64,000 nucleotides of DNA from an uncultured Alphaproteobacteria bacterium (GTDB taxonomy: Bacteria; Pseudomonadota; Alphaproteobacteria; JAJFIK01): positions 36,341 to 100,340 of the forward strand of contig CAZFWG010000001.1 of the NCBI GenBank assembly GCA_964522525.1, given 5' to 3'. Positions 1 to 10,463 of this stretch are shown in pieces. Numbering within the stretch: the first letter of the stretch is position 1; each line of letters begins with the position of its first letter. A program made the position numbers and the translations under genes. Below the pieces are notes generated by a model. That model did not search any database and had not been told where the DNA came from. It was given only the letters and a program-made list of their open reading frames with translations.

Positions 1-995
1 GCGACATCGACAGGCGCGTGATCGGTACGGGCCAGATCGGGACGAATATCCGCTTCAGCTTCTCATTCGATTCCGGCGGTGATCCGGTCACCGCACCTTC
101 TTCCGTTGTCGGAAAATTTCCCTCCGACAACGAGCAGAGCCGGGCGACCGGGCGTCTGTTGGGTCATTACCGCCGGGAAGTGGCCTTCTATACGCAATTC
201 GCGCCGGTCGCCGCGCGTATCGCTCCGGGGACCTATTTCGCGGAGCATGACGAGGAGACCGACGGTTTTGCCCTGATCATGGAGGACATGGCGCCTGCGC
301 TTCAGGGGGACCAGCTCACGGGCTGTTCCTTCGAGGAGGCCTGCCGGGCGTTGAACCATGCCGCGGTGCTGCATGCCAGCCATTGGAATGATCCGGGCCT
401 TGAGCGTTTCGATTGGCTCCAGGGATCATTGAGTGCCCCACCGGACCCCATCACACCGGAAATCGTGGCGGGTCTGTGGGCAGGGTTCAAGGAGCGGTAT
501 GCGGAACATCTGTGGCCCCAGGCCATGGCCGTGGGCGATGTGTTCGCGGCCCGGATCCCCGAATGGTCGTTCAGCTATCGGGGGCCGCGGTGTCTGACCC
601 ATGGGGACTATCGTCTGGACAACATGCTGTTTGGTGAGCCTTCCAACCCTCGCAGCCTCGCGGTGGTGGACTGGCAGACCGTGGGCGTCCGGGGCCCTGC
701 GCTCGATGTCTCCTATTTCATCGGCGCAGGTCTGACGCGGGCGGACCGCCGGCGCTTTGAACGTCCGCTTCTGGAGCATTATCACGCATCGCTGGTTCGC
801 GAAGGCATCCGGGACTACAGTTTCCAGCAGCTCTATCGGGACTACCGGTGGTTCTCTTTTTACGGACTTTCGGTCGCCTTCGGGGCCGCCATGCTGGTCG
901 AGCGCACGGAGCGGGGCGATGCCATGTTCCTGACCATGGCGCGGCGTCACATCGACCAGATCATTGAGCACAACGCCCTGGCGTTGCTGCCCTAA
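1..995 (+). CDS. Phosphotransferase family protein (aminoglycoside phosphotransferase/CHK-like kinase fold), 5' end truncated by window edge
   Basis: ORF 18..995 has no in-window stop upstream, so it continues off the left edge. It contains the Brenner-type catalytic motif HGDYRLDNMLF and a DW..VG motif typical of APH/ecdysteroid-kinase-like enzymes. Confidence 0.7.
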   Translation, partial: DIDRRVIGTGQIGTNIRFSFSFDSGGDPVTAPSSVVGKFPSDNEQSRATGRLLGHYRREVAFYTQFAPVAARIAPGTYFAEHDEETDGFALIMEDMAPALQGDQLTGCSFEEACRALNHAAVLHASHWNDPGLERFDWLQGSLSAPPDPITPEIVAGLWAGFKERYAEHLWPQAMAVGDVFAARIPEWSFSYRGPRCLTHGDYRLDNMLFGEPSNPRSLAVVDWQTVGVRGPALDVSYFIGAGLTRADRRRFERPLLEHYHASLVREGIRDYSFQQLYRDYRWFSFYGLSVAFGAAMLVERTERGDAMFLTMARRHIDQIIEHNALALLP

Positions 996-1912
996 CCCTC
1001 ATCTTCCGGGTCGATGAGGCGACCCTCCGCGTCCCGGATTTCCGGCCCATGAACGCGCGCCCGGCCGTCACCGAATTTGGCGTCCCGGGCCCGCAGCGTG
1101 GCCTTTAACCCGTGCTCGGCCACGGATTGCCGAAAAGCGTCCGCCGCCCTTGTATTATGGCCGCGCACGTCGTTTTCCGCCGCCAGCCGTTGCAGCGTGC
1201 GGGCGCCCATCAATTCAAGCCCCAGATTGACGATGCGCTTGTTGGCGCTCAACAGATCCGGATCGATCAGGGCCAGGCGGTCCGCCAGTTGCTCGACCTC
1301 CGCCTCGAGAAGATCGCCGGGGACGGCTTTCATCACGAGGCCGATGGATTGCGCTTCCGCCCCCGTGACCGTGTCGCCGGTCAGAAGAAGGCGCTTGGCC
1401 CATTGGGGCCCCACATTGTAAAGCCACAGATTGGTGGGCAGGGCGCCCAGATCCCGGGCCGGCGGAAACCCGAAACTCGCGTCCTCGGCGGCGACAACCA
1501 TGTCGCACAACAGGGCAAGGTCGGTTCCCCCGGCCAGGCAATAACCATGGACCTGGGCGATGACCGGCTTGTGCATGTCGAACAGCGCCATGCGATAGCG
1601 CTGCTGGCGCTCGAGTTGCCAGGCATCGTCGTCGAGGCGGCGATATCCCCGATAGCTGTTCTCCGCCGACTGAACACGGGACACGGGCACATTGCTGTCC
1701 TTTCCCGACAGATCGTAACCTGCGCAAAAGGCCCGGCCGGCGCCTTTCAGGATCACGCAATGGATGTCGAGATTGTTGTCCGCCTCCCACAAAGCTTCCG
1801 AAAGCTCCGCCTGCATTTTCAAGGACATGGCGTTGAGCTTTTCGGGGCGATTGAGGGTGATGCGGGCGCGGCCCTGTTCGACCTCATAGAGAATTGTTTC
1901 GAATGTTTCCAT
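992..1912 (-). CDS. Enoyl-CoA hydratase/isomerase (crotonase superfamily)
   Basis: Motifs LNRPEKLNAM and GAGRAFCAGYDL are present. Start chosen at METFETILYEV (ATG at 1912) with a GGAGGG RBS 7 nt upstream. The 18 upstream codons of the ORF lack an RBS. Confidence 0.8.
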   Translation of the reverse strand: METFETILYEVEQGRARITLNRPEKLNAMSLKMQAELSEALWEADNNLDIHCVILKGAGRAFCAGYDLSGKDSNVPVSRVQSAENSYRGYRRLDDDAWQLERQQRYRMALFDMHKPVIAQVHGYCLAGGTDLALLCDMVVAAEDASFGFPPARDLGALPTNLWLYNVGPQWAKRLLLTGDTVTGAEAQSIGLVMKAVPGDLLEAEVEQLADRLALIDPDLLSANKRIVNLGLELMGARTLQRLAAENDVRGHNTRAADAFRQSVAEHGLKATLRARDAKFGDGRARVHGPEIRDAEGRLIDPEDEG

Positions 1913-2038
1913 GGCGCCCTCCGATGGTTGCTCCCCCATCGTGACGGGATGGGGGAGAGGGGGCAAGGAAACAAAAAAAAGGGGCGCTCAAGACCTTGAT
2001 GGCCGGCGCCCCGAAGGTGGAGGATTGGTTGGCAGGTG

Positions 2039-4594
2039 TCAGAAGGTAAGCGCGATCCTGGCACTGTAGAAGCGGGGAGGACCGGCAATGAAGGTCGGAA
2101 TGCCGAAGGCACCGCCCGTGTTGCCGCCATCGATGATGTAATCCGTGTCAAGCACGTTGGCCACTTCAAAGGTCAGCTGAACCCGTTCGTCCGGCGTGGT
2201 GTAGCCTGTCCGGATGTTGAACAGGCCAAATGATTGTTGCGATACGGAGGGCACAGTGAAAACGAGGTCACCCGTCATCGGATCGAAGACGGGGACTGCC
2301 GTCTGGTTTTCGTCCTCGAAGAAAACGAGGGACTGCCACGTGTAGGTCGGTGTGACGAACAGGGATCCCCAGTCGTCAAGCTGGTGGACATAGGTCAAAC
2401 CGGCAGACACGGTGTGGTCCGGGCTGAGGCGGAAGCGGTTGCCGCCAAAGACCAGGGGGTTGCCTTCATCATCCGTATCGTCGAAGCGGCTGCGGTTGTA
2501 GCCATAGGTGATGAACAGGTCCAAACCGTCCGTCGGCGTCGCGAAGAACTGGGATTCGAAACCGATCGAGTCCGCGTTCCCCGCATTGATGGTCTCCGTC
2601 AGGCCGGTCGTGGCGTCCACGATGGTCGTGATGAAGTCGCGGTAGTCGTAGAAGAACACCGATCCCGAGGCTTCGAGACGACCATTGAAGAACAGGCCCT
2701 TGGCGCCGATTTCATAACTGTCCACGGTTTCGTCGGGCAGTTCCTCGAAGCCCAGAAAGACCGGGCCCGCCACATCGACCTCGATGATGTTGGGGCGGCG
2801 GCCCCGCGAATAGGAGGCATACAGATTGAGGTTCGGGTTGACGGCGTAATTGGCAACAGCCCGCCAGACGAAATCCGTGAAGTTTTCTTCGTCGGATTCG
2901 ATGACCGTGTTGCCCGTATCGGCCGCCAGGATGGTCTCGACCGGTTCCCCGTCCAGGGGATTGATGATCGGTGTCCCCCCGGTCAGGATGCCCGCGGCCG
3001 CGAGGGCGCTGACCCCCTCGACGGCGCCGCCGGAAAAGCCCGTCGTGCGGTCATCAAGGGTCCAGCGGATGCCACCCGTAAGCTCCAGGCCGTCGAACAC
3101 TTCAACGGTCAATTCCGCGAAGACGTCGAAGGCGTTATTTTCGGCGAAATTGGTGAACTGCTCCACGAAAAAGGGGCTCAGCGCGTTGAACGGGGGAACG
3201 CCGGTGACGATCGGTTCAAGCTGGGCCGGATCTCCGCTCAGGAAAATGGAGGTGAGCCCCGGATCGCCGAACAGGAACGTAGCGTCGGCGGGCAGACCAA
3301 GGGCCGCCGCCAGATCCGGGCTAGCGCCCGTCGCCGATACGGAAGAAAAGAGGGCGAGGAGGGCGCGTTCGTCAAAGCCGAGTGGGACCTGTTGGTCGCC
3401 GTTCTCGAAAAACACATTGCCGCCGAAAAAGCCCCTGAACCGTCCGCCCCGGTCGAAATTGAAGCGCAGTTCCTCACTCCATTGTTGACCGAAAGCATCT
3501 TCGGCGAAGATCAGGACGTCGAACGCCGTGCCGTCCGGATCGAAGATCTCCACGGAGTCGAATTGGCGATAGGCGGCGATGTTCGTGAAGGTCCAGGCTG
3601 GCGAGATCTCATACTCGACCTGTGTGGTGACGCCCCACACCTCGCGGTCCACGCTCAAGGGCTGGCCGCCAAGGAAGCCGCCGAACGTGTTGAGGGAGGC
3701 GAATTCGTTCGGGTCCGTCGTGCCGCCCAGGGCCGGGATCACGCCGCTCTTGAAAGAAGACCCCGGAGGCGTGTCGTGCTGATAGGAGGCGATCACGTCG
3801 ACGGTCAGTTTCGAGGTCGGCTGCCAACGGATGCTGCCCCGGGTCGCGACGGTCTGGGTGCCGTTCAGGGCGACCCCGGTATTGTTGTCGATGAACCCGT
3901 TGCGGAAGGTATAGTTGCCGGCAACACGCACGGCGAGTTTGTCCTCGATGATCGGAATGTTGACCCAGGCTTCGACTTCGTCCTGGGACAGATTACCGAA
4001 TTCATAGGAGACGAAAGCGCCCCGCTCATAATCGGGGCGTTTGGAATGGACCGAGATGGCCCCGATCTGAGCGCTGCGGCCGAACAGGGTGCCCTGGGGT
4101 CCTTTGAGGACTTCGACCCGGTCGAGATCGAACAGCTGCACGATGGAGCCGCGGGACCGGGAGATGCTGACCCCGTCCTGGAACACGGACACGCGCGGTT
4201 CGATGTTGGAAGCGCCTGAATCCGACGTAATGCCCCGGATCACGAAGCCCGGATTGTTGACGCTCTGCTCCTGAACCACGAGGCCCGGCACGAAACGGGC
4301 GAGCTCGTCGAATTCGGTGACGCCGATATCCTGAAGGAATGCCCCGTCATAGGCGGTGATGTTGATCGGAACATCGAGGATCGCTTCTTCGCGCTTCTGC
4401 GCGGTCACCAGGATCACTTCCCGGGTGCGGATGGACGGCACGTTGTCGTCGGCCGCCCGTTCCTGACCATTCTCGATGCCGACTTGATCTTCACTGTCGT
4501 CGGCTGTCTGGGCCAGGGCCGGTGCCCCACCCAGCAATGCGCCCGCGCATGCACCACTCAAAAGGCGCCGCCACAGACCGTTGCCCCGCTGCAT
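2039..4594 (-). CDS. TonB-dependent outer-membrane receptor
   Basis: 851 aa. N-terminal signal peptide ending ALAQ. TonB-box/plug region VILVTAQKREEAILDVPINITAY. C-terminal residue is aromatic (...ARIALTF), as in beta-barrel receptors. Confidence 0.85.
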   Translation of the reverse strand: MQRGNGLWRRLLSGACAGALLGGAPALAQTADDSEDQVGIENGQERAADDNVPSIRTREVILVTAQKREEAILDVPINITAYDGAFLQDIGVTEFDELARFVPGLVVQEQSVNNPGFVIRGITSDSGASNIEPRVSVFQDGVSISRSRGSIVQLFDLDRVEVLKGPQGTLFGRSAQIGAISVHSKRPDYERGAFVSYEFGNLSQDEVEAWVNIPIIEDKLAVRVAGNYTFRNGFIDNNTGVALNGTQTVATRGSIRWQPTSKLTVDVIASYQHDTPPGSSFKSGVIPALGGTTDPNEFASLNTFGGFLGGQPLSVDREVWGVTTQVEYEISPAWTFTNIAAYRQFDSVEIFDPDGTAFDVLIFAEDAFGQQWSEELRFNFDRGGRFRGFFGGNVFFENGDQQVPLGFDERALLALFSSVSATGASPDLAAALGLPADATFLFGDPGLTSIFLSGDPAQLEPIVTGVPPFNALSPFFVEQFTNFAENNAFDVFAELTVEVFDGLELTGGIRWTLDDRTTGFSGGAVEGVSALAAAGILTGGTPIINPLDGEPVETILAADTGNTVIESDEENFTDFVWRAVANYAVNPNLNLYASYSRGRRPNIIEVDVAGPVFLGFEELPDETVDSYEIGAKGLFFNGRLEASGSVFFYDYRDFITTIVDATTGLTETINAGNADSIGFESQFFATPTDGLDLFITYGYNRSRFDDTDDEGNPLVFGGNRFRLSPDHTVSAGLTYVHQLDDWGSLFVTPTYTWQSLVFFEDENQTAVPVFDPMTGDLVFTVPSVSQQSFGLFNIRTGYTTPDERVQLTFEVANVLDTDYIIDGGNTGGAFGIPTFIAGPPRFYSARIALTF

Positions 4595-4857
4595 CCCACA
4601 CTCCTTAAGTTCTGGCCTAAAGGTCTAGAAAGACAGACCCCGGAACAAGCTCGTCCTGACCCACGAGCATTCTTCCGCGCAAATTGTCGGGGCACGGCGC
4701 AACGGGCATATGTCGGGGAGACGAAGCTTTTGTGACGCCAGAGGGCGTTGAGGGGGAGGCAGGGGCGGGGTCTCGGGGCAGGCGGGCATGGAAGCGCCGG
4801 GGAGCGCTGCCGCGATCCGGCGACGGACCGCGACGGCGGGGTGGTCGTATCTGGGTC

Positions 4858-5598
4858 TTAGCGGCGGGTCATGAAGGCCGCGATCCGCTCCTGCATGTCC
4901 GGGCCGACGCCTTCATTTTCCATGACTTCCCATTGCAGGCCCGCATCCATGGCGCGGGCGTCGGTCGCCTCGAGGAGCCGCTTGTTCGCCCGGTGACTGA
5001 AGGGCGAGTTGGCGGTGATTTCCCGGGCAACGGCCGTCACTTCGTCGAAGAACCGGTCGTCCGGAAAGACCGCTTCGGCAAGGCCCATTTCCACGGCCTG
5101 GGTGCCGTTGATCGTCCGGGCGGTGAACATCATGAATTTGGCTTTGGCCAAGCCGACCCGCCGGGGCAGGCGCTGGCTCATGCCCCAGATGGGCGTCAGG
5201 GCGAAACGGGCATGGGTATCGGCGAAGCGCGCATTCTCCGCCGCCAGAATGAAATCGGCGGCGAGGGCCACTTCGAGGGCGCCCGTATAACAATGTCCGT
5301 GGACGGCGGCGATCACCGGCTGGGGCAGGCGTTCCATCATCCGCAAGGTTTCGGAATGCCACCCCGGCGAGGGCACGCTTTCGCCCGCCGCAATGTCGCC
5401 CAGGTCGTGGCCGGCGGAGAAACAGCGTCCGGCACCGCCCAGAACCACGCAGCCGATGGTCTTGTCGCGGGCGAGATCGACCACATGGGCGCGCAGTTCC
5501 GCGAACAGGGCCACGGTCAAGGCATTGAGCTTTTCCGGCCGGTTGAGGGTCAGGAAGGCGGTGCCGTCCCGATCCTCCCTGACGACGAGCCCGGTCAC
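4858..5598 (-). CDS. Enoyl-CoA hydratase/isomerase family protein
   Basis: Motifs LNRPEKLNAL and GAGRCFSAGHDL are present. Its start (ATGA) overlaps the stop of the upstream P450 by 4 bp, indicating translational coupling. Confidence 0.8.
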   Translation of the reverse strand: MTGLVVREDRDGTAFLTLNRPEKLNALTVALFAELRAHVVDLARDKTIGCVVLGGAGRCFSAGHDLGDIAAGESVPSPGWHSETLRMMERLPQPVIAAVHGHCYTGALEVALAADFILAAENARFADTHARFALTPIWGMSQRLPRRVGLAKAKFMMFTARTINGTQAVEMGLAEAVFPDDRFFDEVTAVAREITANSPFSHRANKRLLEATDARAMDAGLQWEVMENEGVGPDMQERIAAFMTRR

Positions 5599-6920
5599 GC
5601 AGGGCTCCCCATCTCAACCTTCAGCATACGAATGGCATGCACGAAATTGTTGGGGGCGATATCCACCTCGCCGGTCCAGGCAATTTCCGGGAAGCGGCCG
5701 AGGATCTGGCGATAGGCGGCTTCGAGCTGCATATTGGCGACCCGCTGTCCGAGGCACACATGGGGGCCAAGCCCGAACGCGATGTGTTCCTTGGCGTTTT
5801 CCCGCGTCACGTCGAAGCGGTCCGGATTCGGATAGACATCCGGGTCCCGGTTCGCGGCGCCGTAATACATGACGATCTTCTCGCCTTCGGCAATCTTCTG
5901 CCCCCGGATCTCGGCGTCGCGCGTGGCCGTGCGGCGCATATAGATCACGGGCGAGACCATGCGGATGGCCTCATGGACCATGTTGCCGATCAGGTCCGGG
6001 TTGTCGATCAGCTTCTGCTTTTCCTTCGGAAACTCCGTCAACAGCTTCATGGTGCCTGACAGGGAGTTGCGCGTCGTGTCGTTGCCGGCAAAGACGATGA
6101 GGAGCCAGGAGCCGTCCAGATAGTTGTCGGAAAGAAGCTCCCCGTCGATGCGGGCATTGGCGATCGCCGACAGCAGATCCTGGCGGGGCTCCTTGCGACG
6201 GGCCTTCAGGACATATTGTCCGTAATCAAACATCTCCTGGATGGCTTCCAGGAACTTCATCAGGAAATCCGGGTCCACTTCGCCGAGTGCCTTCTGCTGG
6301 AAGGTGTAGGAGGCGATTTCCAGATAATGCATCCAGCCCACAAGTTTCGGCCGGTCCGCCTCGTCGACGCCCAGGATCTCGCACAGGGTGAAAAGGGGCA
6401 GTTCGGCGGAAAAATGCTCGACCATGTCGACCCGTGGGCCCTGGCGCACCATGCCGTCAAGAAGGCTGCTCACCTTGACGTCCACCTTCTTGCGCAACTC
6501 CTCCACATAGGTCGGTGTGAAGAAGCTCATATGCTCCCGGCGCAGGGGCATGTGATGGGGCTGGTCGAGGCAGATCATGGTGTCGAGGGAGGAGCGGTGG
6601 AGCAGGGGATGGCGTTGATCCTCCCGCCCGTAGGTCATCAGGATGCCGCCCCGCTGGGAGGAAAAGGTCGCGGTGTCCAGTTCCACGCTGCGCACATCGT
6701 CATATCGGGTCAGGGCCCAGAAGCCCGGCCCTTCCTGGACGGGATGCCACATGACGGGGGCATGGTCGCGCATGGCGCGGAACGCCTCATGGGGCTGACC
6801 GGTGACGAAGGGGCCATTGTCGGCCAGATTGACCGGTGGTTCGAGGGGGAAGACGGGGGCGTATTTCGGATCCCGCGCGTCCATATCTTCCTGGTAGGTT
6901 TCACTTACCGGTTGCAGCAT
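5595..6920 (-). CDS. Cytochrome P450 monooxygenase
   Basis: Heme-binding loop FGLGPHVCLGQRVA (FxxGxHxCxG), an AGNDTT I-helix motif and an ExxR motif are present. Length 441 aa. Confidence 0.85.
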   Translation of the reverse strand: MLQPVSETYQEDMDARDPKYAPVFPLEPPVNLADNGPFVTGQPHEAFRAMRDHAPVMWHPVQEGPGFWALTRYDDVRSVELDTATFSSQRGGILMTYGREDQRHPLLHRSSLDTMICLDQPHHMPLRREHMSFFTPTYVEELRKKVDVKVSSLLDGMVRQGPRVDMVEHFSAELPLFTLCEILGVDEADRPKLVGWMHYLEIASYTFQQKALGEVDPDFLMKFLEAIQEMFDYGQYVLKARRKEPRQDLLSAIANARIDGELLSDNYLDGSWLLIVFAGNDTTRNSLSGTMKLLTEFPKEKQKLIDNPDLIGNMVHEAIRMVSPVIYMRRTATRDAEIRGQKIAEGEKIVMYYGAANRDPDVYPNPDRFDVTRENAKEHIAFGLGPHVCLGQRVANMQLEAAYRQILGRFPEIAWTGEVDIAPNNFVHAIRMLKVEMGSPA

Positions 6921-7030
6921 TTTTATGAACTCCCTTGCAGCGCTTCGGCTTACGTATCATCGATTGACGCCAGCTTACGACGTACCGGAACAAAGGTGAA
7001 GACAAGGGGGGAAAGGGAACAACGGCCCCG

Positions 7031-8260
7031 CTATTCGTGGCGGAGGGCGTCGATCGGATTGAGCCGGGCGGCCCGCCGGGCGGGGACATAGCCGAAAACG
7101 ATGCCCACGCCGCCCGAGGCCACCAGGGCGAGGATGACGGTGCCCAGATCGATCACGATCGGCCAACCGGCAATCGCCGCCGAGGCCAGCGCCCCGCCCA
7201 CGCCGATGACAAGCCCGATCAGGCCGCCGATCAGGCACAAAGTGACCGCTTCGACCAGGAACTGCATCAGGATGGCGCTGGCCCGCGCGCCGACGGCCAT
7301 GCGCAACCCGATCTCCCGGGTCCGCTCGGTCACCGAGACGAGCATGATGTTCATGATGCCGATCCCGCCCACGAGAAGAGAGATCATTGCCGTTGCCAGG
7401 AGAAGCCAGGTCAGGGTCGAAAAGGTTGCTGTCCGGGCCCGGATCAGGTCAGCAAAATTGTTGACACGAAAGTCATCTTCCGAGCCCGGCGCAATACGAC
7501 GGCGTACCCGCATCAAGTCGGTGATCTCATCGGTCAGCGGATCAAGGTCGTCAACGCTCTGGGCCTTGATGAAAATGGCCTGGACCTGGTCGGGTACGGT
7601 GCTGGCCCGTTCCCCCAGAAGGCGGCTTCGGCCCGTGCGCAAGGGCACAAGGATGACGTCATCCTGGTCGCGACCGAAGCTGCTCTGGCCCCGGCTTTCC
7701 ATGACGCCGATCACTTCCATGGGCACATTGGAAATGCGGATGCGCGCGCCCAGGGCCGACCCCTGGAAAAGCTGATCACGGATGGTTGTGCCGATAATGG
7801 CGACCCGTGCCCCCCGCCGGCTTTCGTCCTCGCTGAAGAAACGGCCCTCGAGCACCTTCCAGTCCCGCACAAAGGGATAGCTGCTCTCGACACCGATTAC
7901 CGTTGTCGTCCAGTTGGCGGCGCCGGCGATGATCGGCGCCTGGGTCTGGACATAGCCCGAAACGCCGGCTACGCCGGGCAGGGCCCGGATGGCCCGGACG
8001 TCCCCTTCCGTCAGGGGCTTTGCCGTCCCGGCCCCGCCAAACCGGCCGCCAAGCCGGGACGACCCCGGAAAGATGTTGAGGAGGTTGGAGCCAAGCTGGG
8101 AAATCCGTTCCTCAACGGATTGGCGCGCGCCGGCGCCAACGGCCACCATGATGATCACCGACGCAACGCCGATAATGATGCCAAGGGTGGTCAGGATCGA
8201 GCGCAGCGTGTTGGCGCGGATCGCCTTGACGGCGATAGCGAAGGTGTCAACCAGTCTCAT
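7031..8260 (-). CDS. ABC transporter permease, MacB/FtsX family
   Basis: 409 aa. N-terminal TM helix, a large periplasmic domain, then three C-terminal TM helices (FtsX-like). Start overlaps the ATPase gene stop (8257..8260). Confidence 0.8.
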   Translation of the reverse strand: MRLVDTFAIAVKAIRANTLRSILTTLGIIIGVASVIIMVAVGAGARQSVEERISQLGSNLLNIFPGSSRLGGRFGGAGTAKPLTEGDVRAIRALPGVAGVSGYVQTQAPIIAGAANWTTTVIGVESSYPFVRDWKVLEGRFFSEDESRRGARVAIIGTTIRDQLFQGSALGARIRISNVPMEVIGVMESRGQSSFGRDQDDVILVPLRTGRSRLLGERASTVPDQVQAIFIKAQSVDDLDPLTDEITDLMRVRRRIAPGSEDDFRVNNFADLIRARTATFSTLTWLLLATAMISLLVGGIGIMNIMLVSVTERTREIGLRMAVGARASAILMQFLVEAVTLCLIGGLIGLVIGVGGALASAAIAGWPIVIDLGTVILALVASGGVGIVFGYVPARRAARLNPIDALRHE

Positions 8261-8970
8261 GGTGCGTCCCTCCGCCGGTCCTCGACGATCAGCCCGTCGC
8301 GCAAGTGGATCTGGCGCCGGGCATAGACCGCGACCTCCGGATCATGGGTCACGACAATCACGGTACGGCCCTGTCCGTTCAGGGTAACGAACAAGTCCAT
8401 GATCTCTTCGGATGTATTGGTATCCAGGGCGCCCGTCGGCTCGTCAGCCAGCAGAATACGAGGGTCGTTGACAAGGGCGCGGGCGACGGCCACCCGCTGC
8501 TGTTGGCCCCCGGAGAGTTGCGACGGATTGTGATCCATCCGGTCGCTCAAGCCTACATCCTTGAGACAGCGTTCGGCGATGCCATCGGCATTGTCCACCG
8601 GCTGGCGGGCATAGAGCAGGGGCAGTTTCACATTGTCGAGGGCCGTTGTGCGGGGCAGCAGATTGAATTGCTGGAAGACAAAGCCGATCGTGGCGTTGCG
8701 CAGATCGGCAAGACCATCCTGCCCGAGACTGTTCAGGTCCTGGCCGGCAATGGCGAGGCGCCCCGTGGTGGGCGTGTCAAGCGCCCCCAGCAGGTTCATC
8801 AGCGTGGATTTTCCGGATCCGGACGGTCCCATGATGGCGACGAATTCGCCGGGCTCGATGGTGAAGGATACGCCCCGGAGCGCGGCGACTTCCTGGTCCC
8901 CCATGCGATAGATGCGACTGACCTCGTCACAGAGAATGTCGAGGCCCGGATTCGCGGCGACGGTGTTCAC
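8257..8970 (-). CDS. ABC transporter ATP-binding protein (MacB/LolD-type ATPase)
   Basis: Walker [10 protein letters not shown], signature [15 protein letters not shown], Walker [13 protein letters not shown]. Overlaps the upstream adaptor gene by 4 bp. Confidence 0.85.
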   Translation of the reverse strand: MNTVAANPGLDILCDEVSRIYRMGDQEVAALRGVSFTIEPGEFVAIMGPSGSGKSTLMNLLGALDTPTTGRLAIAGQDLNSLGQDGLADLRNATIGFVFQQFNLLPRTTALDNVKLPLLYARQPVDNADGIAERCLKDVGLSDRMDHNPSQLSGGQQQRVAVARALVNDPRILLADEPTGALDTNTSEEIMDLFVTLNGQGRTVIVVTHDPEVAVYARRQIHLRDGLIVEDRRRDAP

Positions 8971-10463
8971 GAGGCGCTCCGCCGAACCCGTGTCGCCACG
9001 GCCTCGCCCGGTTCGAGCTCACCGGCGATGACTTCCACATATTGCCCGTCATCGAGGCCGAGCAAGACGGGGCGCGCCTCAAGGCGCAGCGAAGACACGG
9101 CGACCCAGACATTGGTCGCGCGGGCCTCCGGGAGACGGCCCTTGAGCGCCTCATAGGTCGGCTTTTGGGTGTCCGTCAGAAGATCCGCAAAGAGACGATC
9201 AATGGCGGCCAGGCGAAGCTGGCGCAAGCGGGCCGGATCAAAACCGGCCGGCGGGGCGCCTGATGGACCGCCACGGTTTCCGCCGGACCGGCGGCGCTGA
9301 CGGGCCCGTTCCGCCATGGCTTCAAGGCCCGCCTCCAGTTCTTCTTTCTGATCCGCCGTCAAATCAAGAGCGGCGGCCATGGCGAGCACGGTCGTGCGCA
9401 GCCCGGCCCGGCGATCGGAAGCACTGGTGCGTTGTTCCCCTGGCGGAATGAAACGCGCGGCGGCGACGGGGACGCGCATCACATCCTCGACGCTGCCCGT
9501 GGTGATCTCCGCCGTGGCGGTCATGCCGGGGAAGAGCCGCTGGTCCCGATTGGTGGCCGAAATGATGACCGTGTAGGTCACCACGCTGGCGATTTCCGTC
9601 GCGGCGAGACGGACCTGTTTGACGACACCTCGAAAAACCCGATCAGGAAAGGTGTCGACACTGAAGGTCACGGGATCGCCCGTCTCGATCCGGCCCACAT
9701 CGGCCTCGTTGACATCGGCCGCGACCTGAATGATCGAGAGGTCCTGGGCGATGGTGAACAGGATCGGGGCCTGGAGGCTCGCGGCCACGGTCTGGCCCAC
9801 ATCCACGTCCCGGCTGACGATCACCCCGTCAATGGGCGAGCGGATTTCGGTGCGCTCCAGATCGATCCGGGCCTGTTCAAGGGTTGCCGCGCGCTGCAGA
9901 ACCACGGCTTTTGCGTTGTCCACCTGCGCCTTGGCGATGCTGAGATCGGCCGTGGCCACGGCGACATCCGTCTGGGCGTTTTCAAGGGCGGTCTGGGCGG
10001 CGGTGCCCCGCTCGGCAAGACGGCTCTGGCGATCGGCCTCGCGCCGGCTCTGCTGCAACACGGCTTCGGCCTTGGCCACATTGGCGATCTGGATGGCGAG
10101 GGAGGCTTCGGCCACCGCCAGATCCGCCTCCGCCGAGGCCACCCGGCTGGCAAAGGTCTGGGGATCGAGCTGGGCGATGAGCTGATCCTTCGTGACCTGA
10201 TCATTGTAGTCCGCGTAGATGGCGGCGATCTGGCCGGAGAGTTGGGAGCCCACTTCGACGGTGACCACGGGTTCGACGCGTCCGCTTGCGGTCACGCGCT
10301 GGACGACGGCACCGCGATCGACCGTCTCGGTGTCATAGGCCGTGCCCGGCGCCTCGGTGTCCACCGATCTGTAAGCGAAATAGAGGACGGCCGAGATTGC
10401 CAGCACCCCCACGAGGGCGGGCCACCCGAACCATCCCAATCGTCCATGCCGGCCAGTCGCCAT
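8967..10463 (-). CDS. Efflux periplasmic adaptor (membrane fusion protein, HlyD/MacA family), with a ~90-aa Arg/Gly/Pro-rich insertion near the C-terminus
   Basis: N-terminal TM anchor, RVEPVVTVEVGSQLSGQI beta-barrel/lipoyl motif, long coiled-coil (LSIAKAQVDNAKAVV...) and a membrane-proximal domain ending VWVAVSSL...DGQYVEVIAGELEPGEAV. Confidence 0.8.
   Translation of the reverse strand: MATGRHGRLGWFGWPALVGVLAISAVLYFAYRSVDTEAPGTAYDTETVDRGAVVQRVTASGRVEPVVTVEVGSQLSGQIAAIYADYNDQVTKDQLIAQLDPQTFASRVASAEADLAVAEASLAIQIANVAKAEAVLQQSRREADRQSRLAERGTAAQTALENAQTDVAVATADLSIAKAQVDNAKAVVLQRAATLEQARIDLERTEIRSPIDGVIVSRDVDVGQTVAASLQAPILFTIAQDLSIIQVAADVNEADVGRIETGDPVTFSVDTFPDRVFRGVVKQVRLAATEIASVVTYTVIISATNRDQRLFPGMTATAEITTGSVEDVMRVPVAAARFIPPGEQRTSASDRRAGLRTTVLAMAAALDLTADQKEELEAGLEAMAERARQRRRSGGNRGGPSGAPPAGFDPARLRQLRLAAIDRLFADLLTDTQKPTYEALKGRLPEARATNVWVAVSSLRLEARPVLLGLDDGQYVEVIAGELEPGEAVATRVRRSAS

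Noticed and set aside
1112-1999. 295-aa plus-strand ORF
   Set aside because: Antisense to the enoyl-CoA hydratase 992..1912.
2234-4219. 661-aa ORF on the plus strand
   Set aside because: Entirely antisense to the TonB-dependent receptor gene (2039..4594). Arg/Gly/Asp-rich low-complexity translation typical of high-GC antisense frames. No RBS or domain signal.
4684-6059. Plus-strand ORFs 4684..5715, 5393..5872 and 5637..6059
   Set aside because: Antisense to the hydratase and P450 genes.
7037-8326. Plus-strand ORFs 7037..8326 (429 aa) and 7101..7775
   Set aside because: Antisense to the MacB-like permease and ATPase.
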